Assembly: GCF_009914755.1 (NCBI RefSeq)
Contig: NC_060936.1
Length of the DNA stretch: 64,000 nucleotides
Origin: the human T2T-CHM13v2.0 reference genome, Homo sapiens
Direction: 5' to 3' (one strand)
Below the pieces are notes generated by a model. The model did not search any database and was not told the origin of the DNA. It worked only from the letters and a program-made list of their open reading frames with translations. The first letter of the stretch is position 1, and the number at the start of each line of letters is the position of its first letter. Positions 61,131 to 64,000 of the stretch are shown piece after piece. The position numbers and the translations under genes were made by a program.

Positions 61131-63064
61131 CTTTCAAGTAGACAGAAGAAAGAAGTAACCAGGAGAGAAGTAAATAAAATGACATTAAAAGGACCTAAAG
61201 CCATTATCTTTATTCTCTGCTTCTACAAAATTATATTTTTACATTTTAATATCACTATCAAACTTAATGAGAATAGTTAGAAGCTTTAAACAAAAGCCTA
61301 TAAAATAATCAGTAAGTGGATATTTATAGTGACATCTTCAGTTCCTAAAGAGTATTTCAGTTATCTTAAACAATAAATTATATCATTAGAATAATGACTA
61401 TTTAACTGATTATTTAGTTGTACTAGAAGCATCATCAATTTTGAAATAGGGAAAACATTTTAGTCTGTCAAATTTAGATATGTTACATATAAATATAGCC
61501 TTATTCTACTTCATGTATGCTAAAATTCCCAAATGGCTACCCATAAGTTAAAGCCTCATATGAATCCTTTCCTGCAATGGTTAGTACTCTTGCCAGGTAA
61601 AGACTTAAACTTCCTCTATTTAATTAAAATACTTTATTAGAAAGATAAAGTCATGCTTAATCAGATTCCAGTGTCCTATTAGAAGTTTGCTCTTTTAAAT
61701 CCTCACTACTTTCATTCAAATACAATATAGTTTTCATAATTTTAAGCATAAAGAGCCATTCTGGACAAATCTAATAATATATCCGCAAAGGGGGAGTTAC
61801 ATTACAAAGACGCGTCGTGATGAAGTGGAAAGAACAACGTGTCTTGCATTTAGACAGACTTGTAATTATATTTCAGTTCTGCCATTTACTAAGCCACGTG
61901 ATGTAAGTTTTCCAAGTTTCCGTTTTCCTGAACATAAAATAAAGATACCATCACCACCTTGTGTAAGGAGATAAGAGAGCTGGAGATCATGTAAGTGTCT
62001 AGCATAATATTTAATATTTATCTGCTAATAAATGATAGCTATTATTACAGTACAGAGTTTTGGTTAATGTGACTCTCGGTCCAAAATCCTCAAAGGATTA
62101 AGACAATCTAGAGTTTAAATCTTACATCTTTAGCAAAACCAAAACAAGGTGAAAGATATAAAGAAATAAAATCATCGTTTTTAAAGCAGATTCCTCAAAG
62201 TATTTTGCTGAGAAAAAAAAAGCATTTGGAATTACATTAGTTCATTCTCAGTCAAGTACTTCCTTAATCCTTAAATTCCTTTGGGGAAGGATAATATACA
62301 GCATCTTTCTTAACAGCTCATCTTGAGAAATAAAAGCCTTGGTATTCCAAAAGAAAAGAAGACACATTAACTTTGGTCCCAGTTGTTATTTTGTCTAGAA
62401 CAAAAGATAACAATGAACCAAGTGCAACAAATCTCAGTGAACCTATACATCTATCTAGAGAAGTGGAATCTACAGTAATGGAAGGAGAAGACTACATCCC
62501 AATTCAGCTCCCATACCATAAGGGGAAGCCACTGTATTTCATTTTTTTGCCCCATTACAAGGAGCCAAAGTTTAACCCAAATATAGAACATATGCCATGA
62601 TGATATAATGATGAATGATAGAAAATCTTTTCTTCCCAGATCTAAAATTTGTATTTTCATTTTCAGTATATGGGTTTTGGTCATCCTAAAGGTCAATGTA
62701 AACTTAGGAGGTTTCTTGGGAAATTTTATACTTGTCATACAAAAAATGAAACATAGGGAATCTGACCATAATGGCAGGAGAAAAAAAAACCCTATATAAC
62801 CCATGTCAAAGATTTTTTTAAAATATCAGAAACAAAATGAAATATATTAGAAACAAAATGAAATATAGATGAGGGGCAGCCAGGCTGTAAATGGGCACAG
62901 AATGTTAGAGGATAATGGAGGCATCAGATAGTCACTGGACTATTTGTGCTACCAGTTTTGAAACTTGAAACTTGTTAGTTGATTGGCAATTGAAACACAA
63001 ACCCCAAATCTCATCTATTTTAAAAGAAGGTGCTTACAGGTACGTTCAGATTCATAACTAATGT

Positions 63065-63240
63065 TTATTGAGTATTTATTATGTGCTAGGTAATTTTCAT
63101 AAATATTTAATCTTTAGGATAGCCCTGTGACATTTCTATTTTAATCCCCATTTGCATTTGTGGAAAATGAGATGCAGAGATGTTACGTACTCTACCTGGT
63201 GCCTAACATTGTAGAAAAACAGTAGGTCCTGTGTTTCAAA
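63065..63240 (-). mobile_element. MIR
   Basis: tttattgagtatttattatgtgctagg...atccccatttgcatttgtggaaaatgagatgcagagatgtt. Confidence 0.6.
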
Positions 63241-63901
63241 GGATGATAGTGTTTTCAGTAAACCACGGAAACATACCCTCAAAGTTCCCTAAACATGGTG
63301 AGAAACAAACACCCTAGAGCATGGGTATTGCTGAGCACATTGTTGATAATAGTCAAAACTTTACTTTTTCTGATCATAGTACTGTTTTCATTTTCCTCTC
63401 CTTCAAGTTCTCTTTATTGTTTTACCATTTTCTCTCCATTATTTTATACCTACTTTATGTTACTTCTTTGTCTCATCTACCTGTCTATTCGTTACTTAAG
63501 CCATACATCTCGTAAAGGCACAAAATACACAATCCTTCTGGTATTTAATCCTTCTGGTAGTGTTCAGAGGAAGGGCAGTTAATGCTATACATTGGAATTT
63601 TTAATTCTCTAGCAATTCTAATGTATGTTAGCGGTCAACTCATGAACCATCATGATAACTCAAGATACCTTAATTATAAGGATGATATATTTGGCACATG
63701 CATGTATGTGGCCTGAATTTAATACCCCAGTTCTAGGATCAGTGATGACCATAGTTAAGTTACTTTTCATAAGATGCTAGGAAGTTAGCATTTTGGGGGA
63801 GTAATAATAAAACATCATTCTGACTGAGAGTCATATATGCAATCTATTGAAATATAAGCTTTAAAAGTACTCTAAAAATATGGGTTCCATATTTTGCTTA
63901 C

Positions 63902-64000
63902 CCAAGCTGTTTTCCACTCTGGAACAGCTACCTACAGTAGCTTTAGAAGTCAATTGTCCAGTTGTTGATATAGTTACTCTACTAATCTGAGGACTAGACA
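63902..64000 (-). CDS. LMNTD1: LMNTD1 coding exon (probably exon 3), 3' part only; runs off the right edge
   Basis: Minus strand reads [32 protein letters not shown] plus one G, then donor GTAAGC at 63901. The G joins AT of the next exon to give Asp. Peptide matches remembered LMNTD1. Not in the ORF track. Confidence 0.9.

Noticed and set aside
62373-62600. 75-aa ORF whose EGEDY echoes GDGEDY in LMNTD1 exon 4
   Set aside because: The match is only 4 residues, on the opposite strand, with a TTG start and no further similarity.

Overview
Primate, almost certainly human, genomic DNA. It is AT-rich, CpG-depleted and dominated by repeats. The only host gene is LMNTD1 (IFLTD1/PAS1C1, lamin tail domain containing 1; recalled as chr12p12.1 near KRAS) on the minus strand. 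Seven coding exons, probably exons 3-9 with the first cut by the right edge, splice with GT-AG boundaries into one open frame ending ...GSKKKKTSESQKQ*. A very long 3'-UTR intron then runs off the left edge. The introns hold two young L1PA2/3-type LINE-1s in opposite orientation (1-4671 minus, internally deleted; about 51285-57328 plus, full length with TSD). They also hold a rearranged 5'-truncated L1PA, eight Alus, an ERV1 solo LTR, MaLR LTRs, old L1M/L2/MIR/DNA-transposon relics and microsatellites. Nearly all ORF-track entries outside L1 and the LMNTD1 exons look spurious. I found no convincing new biological system. The best leads concern architecture and regulation: the inverted L1 pair enclosing exons 5-9, an L1 antisense promoter pointing into exon 5, an L1 with a deletion at its G-tract plus a short putative 3' transduction, and a strong RFX X-box in unique intronic DNA. 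Subfamily names come from remembered consensus sequences, and boundaries of old repeats are approximate.
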